A stretch of 48,223 nucleotides of DNA, taken from positions 1 to 48,223 of the forward strand of contig JAHFFY010000005.1 in NCBI GenBank assembly GCA_023247705.1, in the 5' to 3' direction. This DNA is from Candidatus Omnitrophota bacterium (GTDB lineage: Bacteria > Omnitrophota > Gorgyraeia > Zapsychrales > JAHFFX01). Within the stretch, counting starts at the first letter, position 1, and each line of letters starts with the position of its first letter. The notes beneath the pieces are model-generated. The model saw only the letters and a list, made by a program, of their open reading frames with translations. It ran no database searches and was not told the origin of the DNA. The translations under genes and the position numbers were made by a program. Positions 8,993 to 18,106 of the stretch are shown here, piece by piece.

Positions 8993-10288
8993 ATGCCAGA
9001 GAAAGCCAATTTAATCATAGGGGATCAAACCTATGAACTTCCCATGCTCGTTGGAACAGAGAATGAAAAGGCGATCGATATTTCGAAGTTAAGAAGTCTT
9101 TCTGGGTGTATTACCTTTGATCCCGGATTTGGAAATACCGGGGCCTGTCAAAGCGCGATTACGTATCTTGATGGCGAAAAGGGCATCTTGCGCTACCGCG
9201 GAATTCCGATTGAACAGATCGCAGAAAAATCCACGTTCTTAGAAACAGCCTATCTTTTGATTTACGGACATTTGCCCAGCCAAACACAATTGACGAAATT
9301 CTCTCAATCCTTCAGCGACCATGCCTCGATCCATGAAGACATGAAAAATTTTTTTAACGGATATCCTCTCAGCGGTCATCCGATGGGAATTCTATCGGCC
9401 ATGGTTTGTTCTCTCTCGGGTTATTATCCGGAATTGGTCAATCCGGGACCGACTAAAGAAGATATCGATAAGATTGTTGTCCAGCTTTTATCAAAGGTCC
9501 GTACCATTTGTGCGTTCTCCTACAAGAAATCCATCGGAGAATCTTTTGTTTATCCCCGCCCCGAATTGCAGTATATCCCTAATTTTCTTCATATGATGTT
9601 TTCAACCCCCAAACGAGAGTATAACATTGATGATGATGTCGTTGATGCGCTGCGGATCCTTTTGATTTTGCATGCTGATCATGAACAAAATTGCAGCACC
9701 TCGACGGTTCGCTTGGTGGGAAGTTCTTTGGCGAATCTCTTTGCTTCAATTGCGGCAGGCATCTGCGCTTTATGGGGGCCGCTGCATGGCGGCGCCAACC
9801 AAGAGGTGATCGAGATGCTCCAAATGATTCAAAAAGATGGGGGCAACATCGCGAAATATATCAATATGGCCAAAGATCATAATAGTAATTTCCGTCTCAT
9901 GGGGTTTGGCCATCGGGTTTACAAAAATTTTGATCCCAGAGCCAAGATCATTAAAGAAACCGCGCATAATCTGTTAAAGAAAAAAGGCATTAAAGATCCG
10001 TTTTTGGATTTGGCCGTGAAACTAGAAGAAATCGCGTTGAAGGATTCTTATTTTGTCGAACGCAAACTTTATCCCAATGTCGATTTTTACAGCGGAATTA
10101 TTTACCGCGCGATTGGTATTCCGTTGAATATGTTCCCGGTGATGTTTGCGATCGGACGCATGCCAGGCTGGATTGCCCATTGGAAAGAAATGATTGAAGA
10201 TCCGGCCACCAAAATCGGTCGGCCCCGTCAGATTTATACCGGAGAACTCAGACATGATTACATCCCGATGGACCAAAGACCAAAATAA
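8993..10288 (+). CDS. gltA: citrate synthase
   Basis: Signature GFGHRVYKNFDPR, LHADHEQNCSTS, 431 aa. Confidence 0.9.
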   Translation: MPEKANLIIGDQTYELPMLVGTENEKAIDISKLRSLSGCITFDPGFGNTGACQSAITYLDGEKGILRYRGIPIEQIAEKSTFLETAYLLIYGHLPSQTQLTKFSQSFSDHASIHEDMKNFFNGYPLSGHPMGILSAMVCSLSGYYPELVNPGPTKEDIDKIVVQLLSKVRTICAFSYKKSIGESFVYPRPELQYIPNFLHMMFSTPKREYNIDDDVVDALRILLILHADHEQNCSTSTVRLVGSSLANLFASIAAGICALWGPLHGGANQEVIEMLQMIQKDGGNIAKYINMAKDHNSNFRLMGFGHRVYKNFDPRAKIIKETAHNLLKKKGIKDPFLDLAVKLEEIALKDSYFVERKLYPNVDFYSGIIYRAIGIPLNMFPVMFAIGRMPGWIAHWKEMIEDPATKIGRPRQIYTGELRHDYIPMDQRPK

Positions 10289-10375
10289 ATTTCTTTTTTC
10301 AAGACGCTGTATTCGTTGGATTCATATTAAATCAACTTAAAAAATAAATTTATTCAAGCAACAGAAGGGGGAAAC

Positions 10376-11839
10376 GTGTTTACATTCGTATCAACATGGA
10401 AATTTGATAAAGAGGCTTCGATTCTTCTCATCGATCAGCTGCAACTCGAACGTAAAAAATTAGTATGGCCGAATGAATCCGTTAAATCAGCGGTCATTGC
10501 TCTTCATAAAGCCGGACATTTAAGCGGAGAAAATGGTGAACTCTATCCGTTTTTATTGAATAATAAACTTCTGCTTTTAGCGGGCATTGGTAAATCGTCC
10601 GATACGTCGTTGAGCGCGTTGCGCGTGACGGTGCGCAAGGCGTTTTTGTCGTCGTATATTTCCAAAGCGAAAGAGATTGAACTGGTTGCGCATGATCAAG
10701 ATCCGAAAGTCATTCAGGCCGTTTTGGAAGGCATCGCCATCGGCGGTTATGCCTGGAAGAAATATTTGGCCAAAGATAAGAATGATCGATCCGTGGATTT
10801 TAAGAATAAAAAGATTTCTATCGTTGCGGCAAAGAACAAAATATATGACGACACCCTGGCCGTCTGCCAAGGGGTTAATTTTGCCAGAGATCTTGTCAAT
10901 GATAACGCGGATACCGTGACTTCAGTTTTTATCGAGAAAGCGATCCGGACCTTTTTAAAAGGCAAGAGTAAACTGCAATTGAAGATTCTGAATCAAAAAG
11001 AATTAAAAGCCCAAGGGCTGAATCTTCATCTGGCGGTCAACCAGGGAAGTCGGAACGAGCCTAAGTTAATCATCGTAAAATACGCCGGCGGTTTGCCCAA
11101 AGATCCTTACGTCGCATTGATCGGTAAAGGGATTACCTTTGATACCGGCGGTTTGAATCTGAAACCAACCGGCTCGATTGAAACCATGCGCTGCGATATG
11201 AGCGGTTTGGCAGCAGTGGCGGGCACGTTAAAAAATACGCTTGCGTTGGGAATGAAGCGCAATATTCTGTTTGTGTTCGGGATTGCGGAAAATGTTACGG
11301 GTTCAGGAAGTTATAAGCCAGGCGATGTGTTCCGCGGTTACAGCGGGAAGACCGTTGAAATAGGAAATACCGACGCCGAAGGGCGTTTGGTCTTGGCGGA
11401 TGCCATCGCTTATGTTGTCAAAAATTATAAGCCCGCCTGGATCATCGATATCGCGACTTTAACCGGGGCCTGTGTGATCGCCTTGGGTCATGACTATTCA
11501 GGTCTGGTTTCCAATCATGATCAACTGGCTGAGCAGCTCCTGAATTGCGCTCAGGCAACCGACGATCGTGTCTGGCGTTTGCCCAATTATCCGGAGATCA
11601 AACATTATGTTAAATCGCTGATTGCGGACATCAAAAACGTCGGCCTTCCCAAAGGCGCGGCCGGTGCGTGCACTGCGGCGGAATTTCTTCGCCAGTTCAC
11701 GAATGACACGAAATGGGCGCATCTGGATATTGCTGGAACGGCCTTTGTCGATGGACATCACCGAATGTATTTTGGTCACGGGGCGACGGGCGCAGGGGTA
11801 AGGTTGCTGACGTATTATTTGCAGAATATTAAATCGTGA
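10376..11839 (+). CDS. pepA: leucyl aminopeptidase (M17)
   Basis: NTDAEGRLVLADA signature, GKGITFDTGG. GTG start preceded by AAGGGGGA. Confidence 0.85.
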   Translation: MFTFVSTWKFDKEASILLIDQLQLERKKLVWPNESVKSAVIALHKAGHLSGENGELYPFLLNNKLLLLAGIGKSSDTSLSALRVTVRKAFLSSYISKAKEIELVAHDQDPKVIQAVLEGIAIGGYAWKKYLAKDKNDRSVDFKNKKISIVAAKNKIYDDTLAVCQGVNFARDLVNDNADTVTSVFIEKAIRTFLKGKSKLQLKILNQKELKAQGLNLHLAVNQGSRNEPKLIIVKYAGGLPKDPYVALIGKGITFDTGGLNLKPTGSIETMRCDMSGLAAVAGTLKNTLALGMKRNILFVFGIAENVTGSGSYKPGDVFRGYSGKTVEIGNTDAEGRLVLADAIAYVVKNYKPAWIIDIATLTGACVIALGHDYSGLVSNHDQLAEQLLNCAQATDDRVWRLPNYPEIKHYVKSLIADIKNVGLPKGAAGACTAAEFLRQFTNDTKWAHLDIAGTAFVDGHHRMYFGHGATGAGVRLLTYYLQNIKS

Positions 11840-11926
11840 TGCCATGTTCCCTGGAAGGATAGATTGGACAGAGTAAAAATAATTTCTACAAAATTTTTTT
11901 GAACAGAGGAGAAGAGGTTGTCAACC

Positions 11927-13315
11927 ATGGATTATCGTATCGAATCAGACAGTATGGGAGAAATTCAAGTACCGAAGAATAAATATTACGGTGCCCAAAC
12001 CACCCGTTCGTTGACAAATTTTCGCATCGGAGGGGAACGGTTTCCCGTTGAATTCATTCAGGCCTTTGGCATCGTTAAGAAGGCGGCGGCGTTGACGAAC
12101 AAGGATTTGGGTGTTTTACCGTCGGACAAAGCCGACCTGATCGCGAAAGCAGCGGATGAGGTCATCCAGGGAAAACTCAACGACCATTTCCCTTTGGTGG
12201 TCTGGCAGACCGGCAGCGGGACCCAAACGAACATGAACGTCAACGAAGTGATCTCCAACCGCGCCATTGAGTTGAGCGGCGGTGTCATGGGCAGCAAAAA
12301 ACCGATTCATCCCAACGATGATGTGAACAAAGGCCAGTCCTCAAATGACGCGTTCCCAACAGCCATGCATATTGCGACTGTCGAGAAACTGCATGCGCAT
12401 TTAATCCCCATGGTGACGAAATTACGTCAGGCCTTGACCAAAAAATCGCAAGAGTTTGAAGAGATCGTCAAAATCGGACGGACGCATCTGATGGACGCGA
12501 CCCCGTTGACCTTAGGACAGGAATTTTCCGGATACGCCCAGCAGCTGACCAACGGGCTGGAAAGGATTCACTCATCCTTACCGAGATTATATGAATTGGC
12601 ATTAGGAGGGACCGCGGTGGGGACCGGATTGAACACCCATCCGCGCTTTGCTGAAGCCGTGGCGCAAAAGATCACCCAGTTGACCGGAAAACCTTATGTG
12701 ACCGCCCGGAATAAATTTGAATCGCTCGCCGGTCATGACGCTTTGGTCGAATTGAGCGGTGTGTTAAAAACATTGGCGGCGTCGTTAATGAAAATCGCCA
12801 ACGACGTCCGCTGGCTCGGCTCTGGACCGCGTTGTGGAATCGGAGAGATCACTCTTCCGGAAAACGAACCTGGCAGCTCGATCATGCCGGGCAAGGTTAA
12901 TCCCACTCAGGCGGAGGCGATGACCATGGTTTGCGTCCAGGTTTTCGGCAACGACGCAACAATCAATTTCGCCGGGGCGAGCGGCAATTTCGAATTGAAC
13001 GTTTATAAACCGGTGATTATTTTTAATATTTTGCAGTCGATCCGTTTGTTGTCGGACGCCTGCGAGAGTTTCACGGATCATTGCGTTAGCGGCATTACCC
13101 CCAATCTGCAAAATATAGACAAGAACGTCAAGAATTCATTAATGCTGGTGACGGCCTTAAGTCCGCATATCGGTTACGATAACGCGGCCAAGGTGGCGCA
13201 TAAAGCTTCGCATGAGAATCTGACCTTAAAGGAAGCGGCCGTGGCTTTAGGATTAATGACACCCGCACAGTTTGACGCAGCGGTTGTTCCGAAGAACATG
13301 ATCAAGCCCGTCTGA
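11927..13315 (+). CDS. fumC: class II fumarate hydratase
   Basis: [11 protein letters not shown] signature. N-terminus [16 protein letters not shown] parallels known FumC starts. The ATG at 11927 is preferred over the TTG at 11918 (GGAGAAGAGG Shine-Dalgarno upstream). Confidence 0.9.
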   Translation: MDYRIESDSMGEIQVPKNKYYGAQTTRSLTNFRIGGERFPVEFIQAFGIVKKAAALTNKDLGVLPSDKADLIAKAADEVIQGKLNDHFPLVVWQTGSGTQTNMNVNEVISNRAIELSGGVMGSKKPIHPNDDVNKGQSSNDAFPTAMHIATVEKLHAHLIPMVTKLRQALTKKSQEFEEIVKIGRTHLMDATPLTLGQEFSGYAQQLTNGLERIHSSLPRLYELALGGTAVGTGLNTHPRFAEAVAQKITQLTGKPYVTARNKFESLAGHDALVELSGVLKTLAASLMKIANDVRWLGSGPRCGIGEITLPENEPGSSIMPGKVNPTQAEAMTMVCVQVFGNDATINFAGASGNFELNVYKPVIIFNILQSIRLLSDACESFTDHCVSGITPNLQNIDKNVKNSLMLVTALSPHIGYDNAAKVAHKASHENLTLKEAAVALGLMTPAQFDAAVVPKNMIKPV

Positions 13316-13344
13316 TTCATCGACTTTCTCGGATCAATCAATTT

Positions 13345-13878
13345 ATGATTCCAAGACAAAAAACATACCTTTATTTACTCATCGGAGGGATCGGATTACT
13401 TTTCATTTTATGTCGCCATGATTTCACCTGGGCAACAACGCAAAATTCCTACGATGATCTTGTCCCGTTTTCTTGGGGAGATTTGCCGCAAGACGTCCCC
13501 CAGGGTGATTCAGGTTTGATCGGGACGAAAATCGTTTTGCGGAAAAAATATTCCCCAAACATCCGGAATCTTAAACTTAATTTGATTTTACCGGCAGGGT
13601 ATCAATTTCTTGCGTCCGCGAACTCCCAGGTAAAACTTTTTACCAAAAACCGTAAACTTGTTAAATCCTTCAAGATCTCAGATCTAAACGCAGACTTGGT
13701 ATTGAATAAATCGATTGTGTCTGAGTCTTTGTCTGCGGAAATGATGTTGTATTATTGCCGTCAAGGGGATCAGGGGGTCTGTTTGATCAAAAATATTATT
13801 TTTGAAATCCCTTTGGACCGGCAATCCGATTTAAATGATATTGTGCTAAAGTATGAACTCCCCGCTGAATCGTTTTAA
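13345..13878 (+). CDS. hypothetical membrane-anchored/secreted protein
   Basis: N-terminal hydrophobic segment YLYLLIGGIGLLFIL and a conserved-looking YYCRQGDQGVC pair. No family recognised with confidence. Confidence 0.4.
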   Translation: MIPRQKTYLYLLIGGIGLLFILCRHDFTWATTQNSYDDLVPFSWGDLPQDVPQGDSGLIGTKIVLRKKYSPNIRNLKLNLILPAGYQFLASANSQVKLFTKNRKLVKSFKISDLNADLVLNKSIVSESLSAEMMLYYCRQGDQGVCLIKNIIFEIPLDRQSDLNDIVLKYELPAESF

Positions 13879-14042
13879 TGGGCTATGATTATTGAAACGA
13901 TCAGACTTATGCCTTGACTAATCTTCGGGTTCCATATATTCTAGATAAGTCTATTGAACGTGGAATTTTAATTTTTAAACAAATTTGGATCAAAGCCATC
14001 AATTTTGATTCTGAGGCTTGAAAATAACGAAGAGGAATTCAT

Positions 14043-14441
14043 ATGATTGACAAAAGCGGTACAGATCGGCGTCATTTTTATCGGGCCAAGCGTATTTTAG
14101 ATATTCGTCATTCCTTATATAAAAGGGGAAAAAATGTTTATTCCAGCCCTCCATATATATCGGACACCCAAGACATGAGTGTAAACGGGATTCTGTTTTC
14201 TTCTTCAGCTCCATATCATGTCGATGATATTGTAGAATTGGAAGTGAATATGGCGGGGGCTTTGAATATCTTCCGGGGTTATGGTCGCGTGGTGCGCGTT
14301 GAGAAAAAATCTTCGACAAGACAATATTCCATAGCGGTCACACTGATCAATCTCAAGAAAAAATTGCCTACTCTTTCCAAGGTGTTATCCTCTCGGGTTA
14401 TCTCACGTAAAAAGACGGTTCAAACAACTGCGAAGAAATAG
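14043..14441 (+). CDS. PilZ domain protein (c-di-GMP receptor candidate)
   Basis: RRHFYR (RxxxR) followed ~35 aa later by DMSVNG (DxSxxG). 132 aa with a basic tail. Confidence 0.6.
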   Translation: MIDKSGTDRRHFYRAKRILDIRHSLYKRGKNVYSSPPYISDTQDMSVNGILFSSSAPYHVDDIVELEVNMAGALNIFRGYGRVVRVEKKSSTRQYSIAVTLINLKKKLPTLSKVLSSRVISRKKTVQTTAKK

Positions 14442-14688
14442 AAATTTTCCCTGCGACAAGGAACGAACAATCACAGAGAGATATTTTTTAGTTTTCGGAC
14501 TTTGGGGAAGACCGATCGATGGCGATTTTTTTCCCCCGAAGGGTGCTTCGTCTGCTGGAAATGAGGACATAAATTCGAATCAAGTTCGGGGTTGAATTCT
14601 TGAGCAAATTCAGATATATTATGGCGCTTCCTTAATTAAAACCCGAGGAGCATTTTAACAGATGTCACGGGATTGAATAACAAATTTT

Positions 14689-15720
14689 ATGCTGCAAAAA
14701 AATTCAAATAGGATGACACCTCATCATCCGATCAAAGCCGTCGGTTTAATATCTGGAGGTCTGGACAGTACGCTCGCGGTACAGATCGTGCGTGATTTGG
14801 GCGTTGAGGTCTATGGCGTTTATTTTGCCATGCCCTGGGGTTGCTGCGACAAGGCCAAGGCGATGGAGGCGGCCGAGCGTTTAGGCATTCATTTTGTCGT
14901 CTTGCAATTGGATGAACAATATCTTGAGGTCGTTAAAAAACCCAAACATGGTTACGGCAGCGCCTTGAATCCCTGCACCGATTGCCGGGTTCACATGTTT
15001 TCCCGGGCCAGAAAGTACATGGATTCGGTGGGCGCGCAATTTGTTTTTACCGGGGAAGTGCTCGGTCAAAGACCGATGTCGCAGATGCGCGAGCGCATGA
15101 GGATCATCGGGCAGGAAAGCGACCTCAACGGCCTGTTGTTGCGTCCATTGTGCGCGCAGCTCCTTGATCCGACGATCCCTGAAAAGGAAGGATGGGTCGA
15201 CCGGGAAAAATTATTGGGCCTCTGTGGCCGTGGCAGATCTGTGCAAATGGATTTGGCCAAAAAATATGAGATCAAAGATTATTTACCGCCTGCCGGAGGC
15301 TGTTTATTGACGGACAAAAATTTCGCGCGGCGCATGAAGGATTCCTTTCAGTATGGCTATCGTAATTTCCGGGAAACGATCGCGTTGAAATGGGGAAGAC
15401 ATTTCCGGATCAGCCCGGAATTCAAAGCCATTCTGGGACGGGATGCAGAGGAAAATGTTTCACTCCGTGCCTTTGCCCATCAGGACGATCATATTTTTGA
15501 GCTTCCGGACAAACGCGGCCCGACTCTGATTTTAAAAGGGATCGCCCCTTCGCCGGAAATCCTGGAGACCTGTGCCGGGTTGATCCAGCGTTTTTCCCGT
15601 CACAAAGATATCCAAGAGGGGATTGAGGTTGAATACTGGCCAGTGAAAGATGAGAGTCATCTCGCTAAAATTCAATCCCGGATGTTAAGCGAAAAAGAAA
15701 TCACGCTTTTACAGATTTAG
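14689..15720 (+). CDS. PP-loop ATP pyrophosphatase, ThiI/MnmA-like tRNA sulfurtransferase family (no THUMP domain)
   Basis: GLISGGLDSTLA PP-loop, NPCTDCR, FTGEVLGQRPMSQ, LLRPL blocks. The stop codon TAG (15718-15720) coincides with the first bases of MITE copy B. Confidence 0.55.
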   Translation: MLQKNSNRMTPHHPIKAVGLISGGLDSTLAVQIVRDLGVEVYGVYFAMPWGCCDKAKAMEAAERLGIHFVVLQLDEQYLEVVKKPKHGYGSALNPCTDCRVHMFSRARKYMDSVGAQFVFTGEVLGQRPMSQMRERMRIIGQESDLNGLLLRPLCAQLLDPTIPEKEGWVDREKLLGLCGRGRSVQMDLAKKYEIKDYLPPAGGCLLTDKNFARRMKDSFQYGYRNFRETIALKWGRHFRISPEFKAILGRDAEENVSLRAFAHQDDHIFELPDKRGPTLILKGIAPSPEILETCAGLIQRFSRHKDIQEGIEVEYWPVKDESHLAKIQSRMLSEKEITLLQI

Positions 15721-15899
15721 TATTTTGTCAAACCCGTTTTTAATAGTTGATCCCTCTATACTTTGAAGGAAATCAACTATTATTGAGTTTCTTTCTATTA
15801 AACGAAACTCTAAATCTCTCGCCATCCTCGATGTCGGAAGCGAGAGATTTAGAGTTGAAAAGGAAAAGCTCAATAAAAACAAAATTGACAAAGCACTAG
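15718..15899. mobile_element. MITE-like palindromic element, copy B, carrying a nested 91-bp inner element
   Basis: TAGTATTTTGTCAAA...TTGACAAAGCACTA ends. Colinear with the 88-bp copy D except for an insertion at 15783-15873 flanked by TA on both sides. Confidence 0.6.
15783..15873. repeat. inner palindromic element nested in MITE copy B
   Basis: TTGAG...CTCAA ends with a 17-bp perfect stem AACTCTAAATCTCTCGC / GCGAGAGATTTAGAGTT. Flanked by TA (15781-15782) and TA (15874-15875), where copy D has a single TA. Confidence 0.55.
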
Positions 15900-15921
15900 T
15901 GTTTCGTCAATGAGTGATGTT

Positions 15922-16004
15922 CCTCCCTCTTGATGGGGGAGGATAGGTGGGGGAGCCGCATTGATATTTCACCCTCCCCTAACCCCTCCCATGAAGGGAG
16001 GGGG
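15922..16004. repeat. pair of inverted CCTCCC/GGGAGG hairpin units
   Basis: TCCTCCCTCTTGATGGGGGAGGA and CCCCTCCCATGAAGGGAGGGG, with GGATAGGTGGGGGAG versus CCCTCCCCTAACCCC between them. Lies just upstream of apbC. Confidence 0.4.
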
Positions 16005-16042
16005 AACCGATCATTTGTGCCGAGTTCCAATGACAATACCCC

Positions 16043-17359
16043 ATGACTACTGAAAAAGATATCCTGAATGCCTTAAGCCGGATCATTGATCCGGATTTCA
16101 ATAAAGACATCGTTTCGTTAGGGTTTGTTAAAAATATTCAAATCAAAGGAAAAGATGTGTCTTTTGATATTGAATTAACGACCCCGGCTTGCCCGATCAA
16201 AGCCGAATTTCAGGCCCAAGCGGAAAAATCCGTTAAATCATTAAAAGATGTCGAAGGGGTGAGCGTCCATATGACCTCTGCGCCGCGAGTCAAGAAACAA
16301 CCGGCGGTTGCGGAAAGCAGCCCGTTGACTCAGGTCAGATCTATTATCGCGGTTTCGTCGTGTAAAGGCGGCGTCGGGAAATCAACGGTCGCCGCTTGCT
16401 TGGCGTTGGAATTGGCGCAAAGGGGTTTCAAAGTCGGTTTGATGGACGCGGACATTTATGGCCCATCGGTTCCGACCTTGCTCAATCTGCAGGGGATTCC
16501 TGTTCAGGTGAATGTCAAACAACAACTCATTCCGCTTGAAAAAAATAATTTAAAGATCATGTCGTTCGGTTTCCTTCTGGGGGATGCCCCGGCTGTTTTG
16601 CGCGGGCCGATTGTGTCACGTTATATCCAGCAACTGCTGCATCAGACCGCCTGGGGGGAACTGGATTATCTTTTTATCGATATGCCACCGGGAACGGGAG
16701 ATATTCAACTGACGATCACGCAGTCTTTGAAGTTAAGCGGTGCGGTGATCGTAACCACCCGCCAAACGCTTTCGCTCGTTGATGTCGCGCGCGGGATCCT
16801 GATGTTTGAAAAGGTCGATGTCCCGATGCTGGGGATCATTGAGAACATGTCGTATTTCATCTGCGATCAATGCCAGAAGAAACATTATATTTTCGGGGAG
16901 AAACAGGGGAGCCGGCTGGAGGAACGTTTCGGTTTACCGGTCTTGGCGGAAATCCCGATCATCGGCGCGTTAACCGGTCAAATCGAGCAGGCCGTGGCCA
17001 ATGATTTTATCCGTAATGCCGTAGACGCGGTCATCCGGTCTTTGGGCAAAACGAGCCTGCTGACCAAACAAACGCCGTCGATTGAATTCAACGCCGAGGA
17101 AATTCATCTGCGCTGGTCCAACGGAGAAGACATCCGTGTTAAGAACCGCGACCTGCGCCTGAGCTGCGGGTGTGCTTTGTGTATCAATGAGATGACTGGT
17201 GAGAAAATTTTCAAGAAAGAAACCATCCGCCCCGACATCCAGCCCAAAGAAATCTTCACGCTGGGCAATTACGCGATCGGCATCAACTGGAACGACGGGC
17301 ATTCCTCCGGGATTTATCCGTATAAAAGTATTCGGGAAGTAGCAGGGAAGACAAAGTAA
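16043..17359 (+). CDS. apbC: Mrp/NBP35 Fe-S cluster carrier ATPase with DUF59 N-domain and DUF971 C-domain (HCF101-type architecture)
   Basis: N-terminal DUF59-like DPDFNKDIVSLGFV. Deviant Walker A CKGGVGKST, CDQC motif. C-terminal LSCGCALCINEMTG...GNYAIGINWNDGHSSGIY (DUF971-like). Confidence 0.85.
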   Translation: MTTEKDILNALSRIIDPDFNKDIVSLGFVKNIQIKGKDVSFDIELTTPACPIKAEFQAQAEKSVKSLKDVEGVSVHMTSAPRVKKQPAVAESSPLTQVRSIIAVSSCKGGVGKSTVAACLALELAQRGFKVGLMDADIYGPSVPTLLNLQGIPVQVNVKQQLIPLEKNNLKIMSFGFLLGDAPAVLRGPIVSRYIQQLLHQTAWGELDYLFIDMPPGTGDIQLTITQSLKLSGAVIVTTRQTLSLVDVARGILMFEKVDVPMLGIIENMSYFICDQCQKKHYIFGEKQGSRLEERFGLPVLAEIPIIGALTGQIEQAVANDFIRNAVDAVIRSLGKTSLLTKQTPSIEFNAEEIHLRWSNGEDIRVKNRDLRLSCGCALCINEMTGEKIFKKETIRPDIQPKEIFTLGNYAIGINWNDGHSSGIYPYKSIREVAGKTK

Positions 17360-17368
17360 AGCGGCGTT

Positions 17369-17683
17369 TTATTTGATGGTCTCCATCAATTTTTTCAACT
17401 CGCCTTTATTGTGCATCTCGGTGATGATATCACACCCTCCCACAAACTCGCCGTTGATGAAAATTTGCGGAATGGTGGGCCAGTCGGTGAAGTCTTTGAT
17501 CCCTTGACGCAGATCAGGATCTTCCAATACATTCTTGGCGCCGAAGGGGATCTTGTATTGTTTGAAAATGCTGACCACCTGACCGGAAAATCCGCATTGC
17601 GGGAACTCCGGGGTGCCTTTCATGTAGATCATGACTTTATTTTCTTTAATATCTTTTTCGATCTGCTGTTTGATGTCTGACAT
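17369..17683 (-). CDS. grxD: monothiol (Grx4-type) glutaredoxin
   Basis: CGFS active site (PQCGFSGQ), WPTIPQIFINGEFVGGCDI, 104 aa. Confidence 0.9.
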   Translation of the reverse strand: MSDIKQQIEKDIKENKVMIYMKGTPEFPQCGFSGQVVSIFKQYKIPFGAKNVLEDPDLRQGIKDFTDWPTIPQIFINGEFVGGCDIITEMHNKGELKKLMETIK

Positions 17684-17730
17684 GATATTTCCTCCTTTAA
17701 GAATTGCTTGAATTTGTTTCGTTATTAATG

Positions 17731-17829
17731 AATCCCATAGGGGATCCGGTTATCAGGTGATTAGGGACTAGGGGATCGGGAAACCGAGGGGATCAGGGAC
17801 GTCCCGGATCTTCGGATTTCCTGATCCCC
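17731..17829. repeat. GGGGATC repeat cluster and 10-bp stem hairpin between bolA and grxD
   Basis: GGGGATC at 17740, 17771 and 17788, and inverted at 17823-17829. Perfect stem GGGGATCAGG (17788-17797) / CCTGATCCCC (17820-17829). Confidence 0.35.
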
Positions 17830-17839
17830 AATCGATAGC

Positions 17840-18106
17840 TTATAAATTCAGATTATTTTCTTTTTTAAATACATCCCATTCTTCCGGGGTCAAGGTTTTG
17901 AGCTTCAAGGCGTGGACCGATTGGGCAAAGGCGTCTTTCAAAGGTTTCATGACCATTTGATGCTGTTTAACGAGAGGCAATCCCTTAAAAATAGAACTCA
18001 CGACCACCGCCTCGAGATGCTGGCCGTCCTGCATGGGATCCATAATATAAGCAGTCGAATCAGGGACCGCGACTTCAATTGTTTCTTTGATTTCGGATAA
18101 GGTCAT
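17840..18106 (-). CDS. BolA/IbaG family protein
   Basis: BolA-like fold pattern (DGQHLEAVVVSSIFKGL...HQMV...HALKLKT). The ATG at 18106 overlaps the gshB stop as ATGA. The track start at 18118 is a TTG. Confidence 0.75.
   Translation of the reverse strand: MTLSEIKETIEVAVPDSTAYIMDPMQDGQHLEAVVVSSIFKGLPLVKQHQMVMKPLKDAFAQSVHALKLKTLTPEEWDVFKKENNLNL

Noticed and set aside
17359-17369. Bidirectional terminator between convergent apbC and grxD.
   Set aside because: Only 9 nt separate the stop codons. No hairpin can be accommodated.
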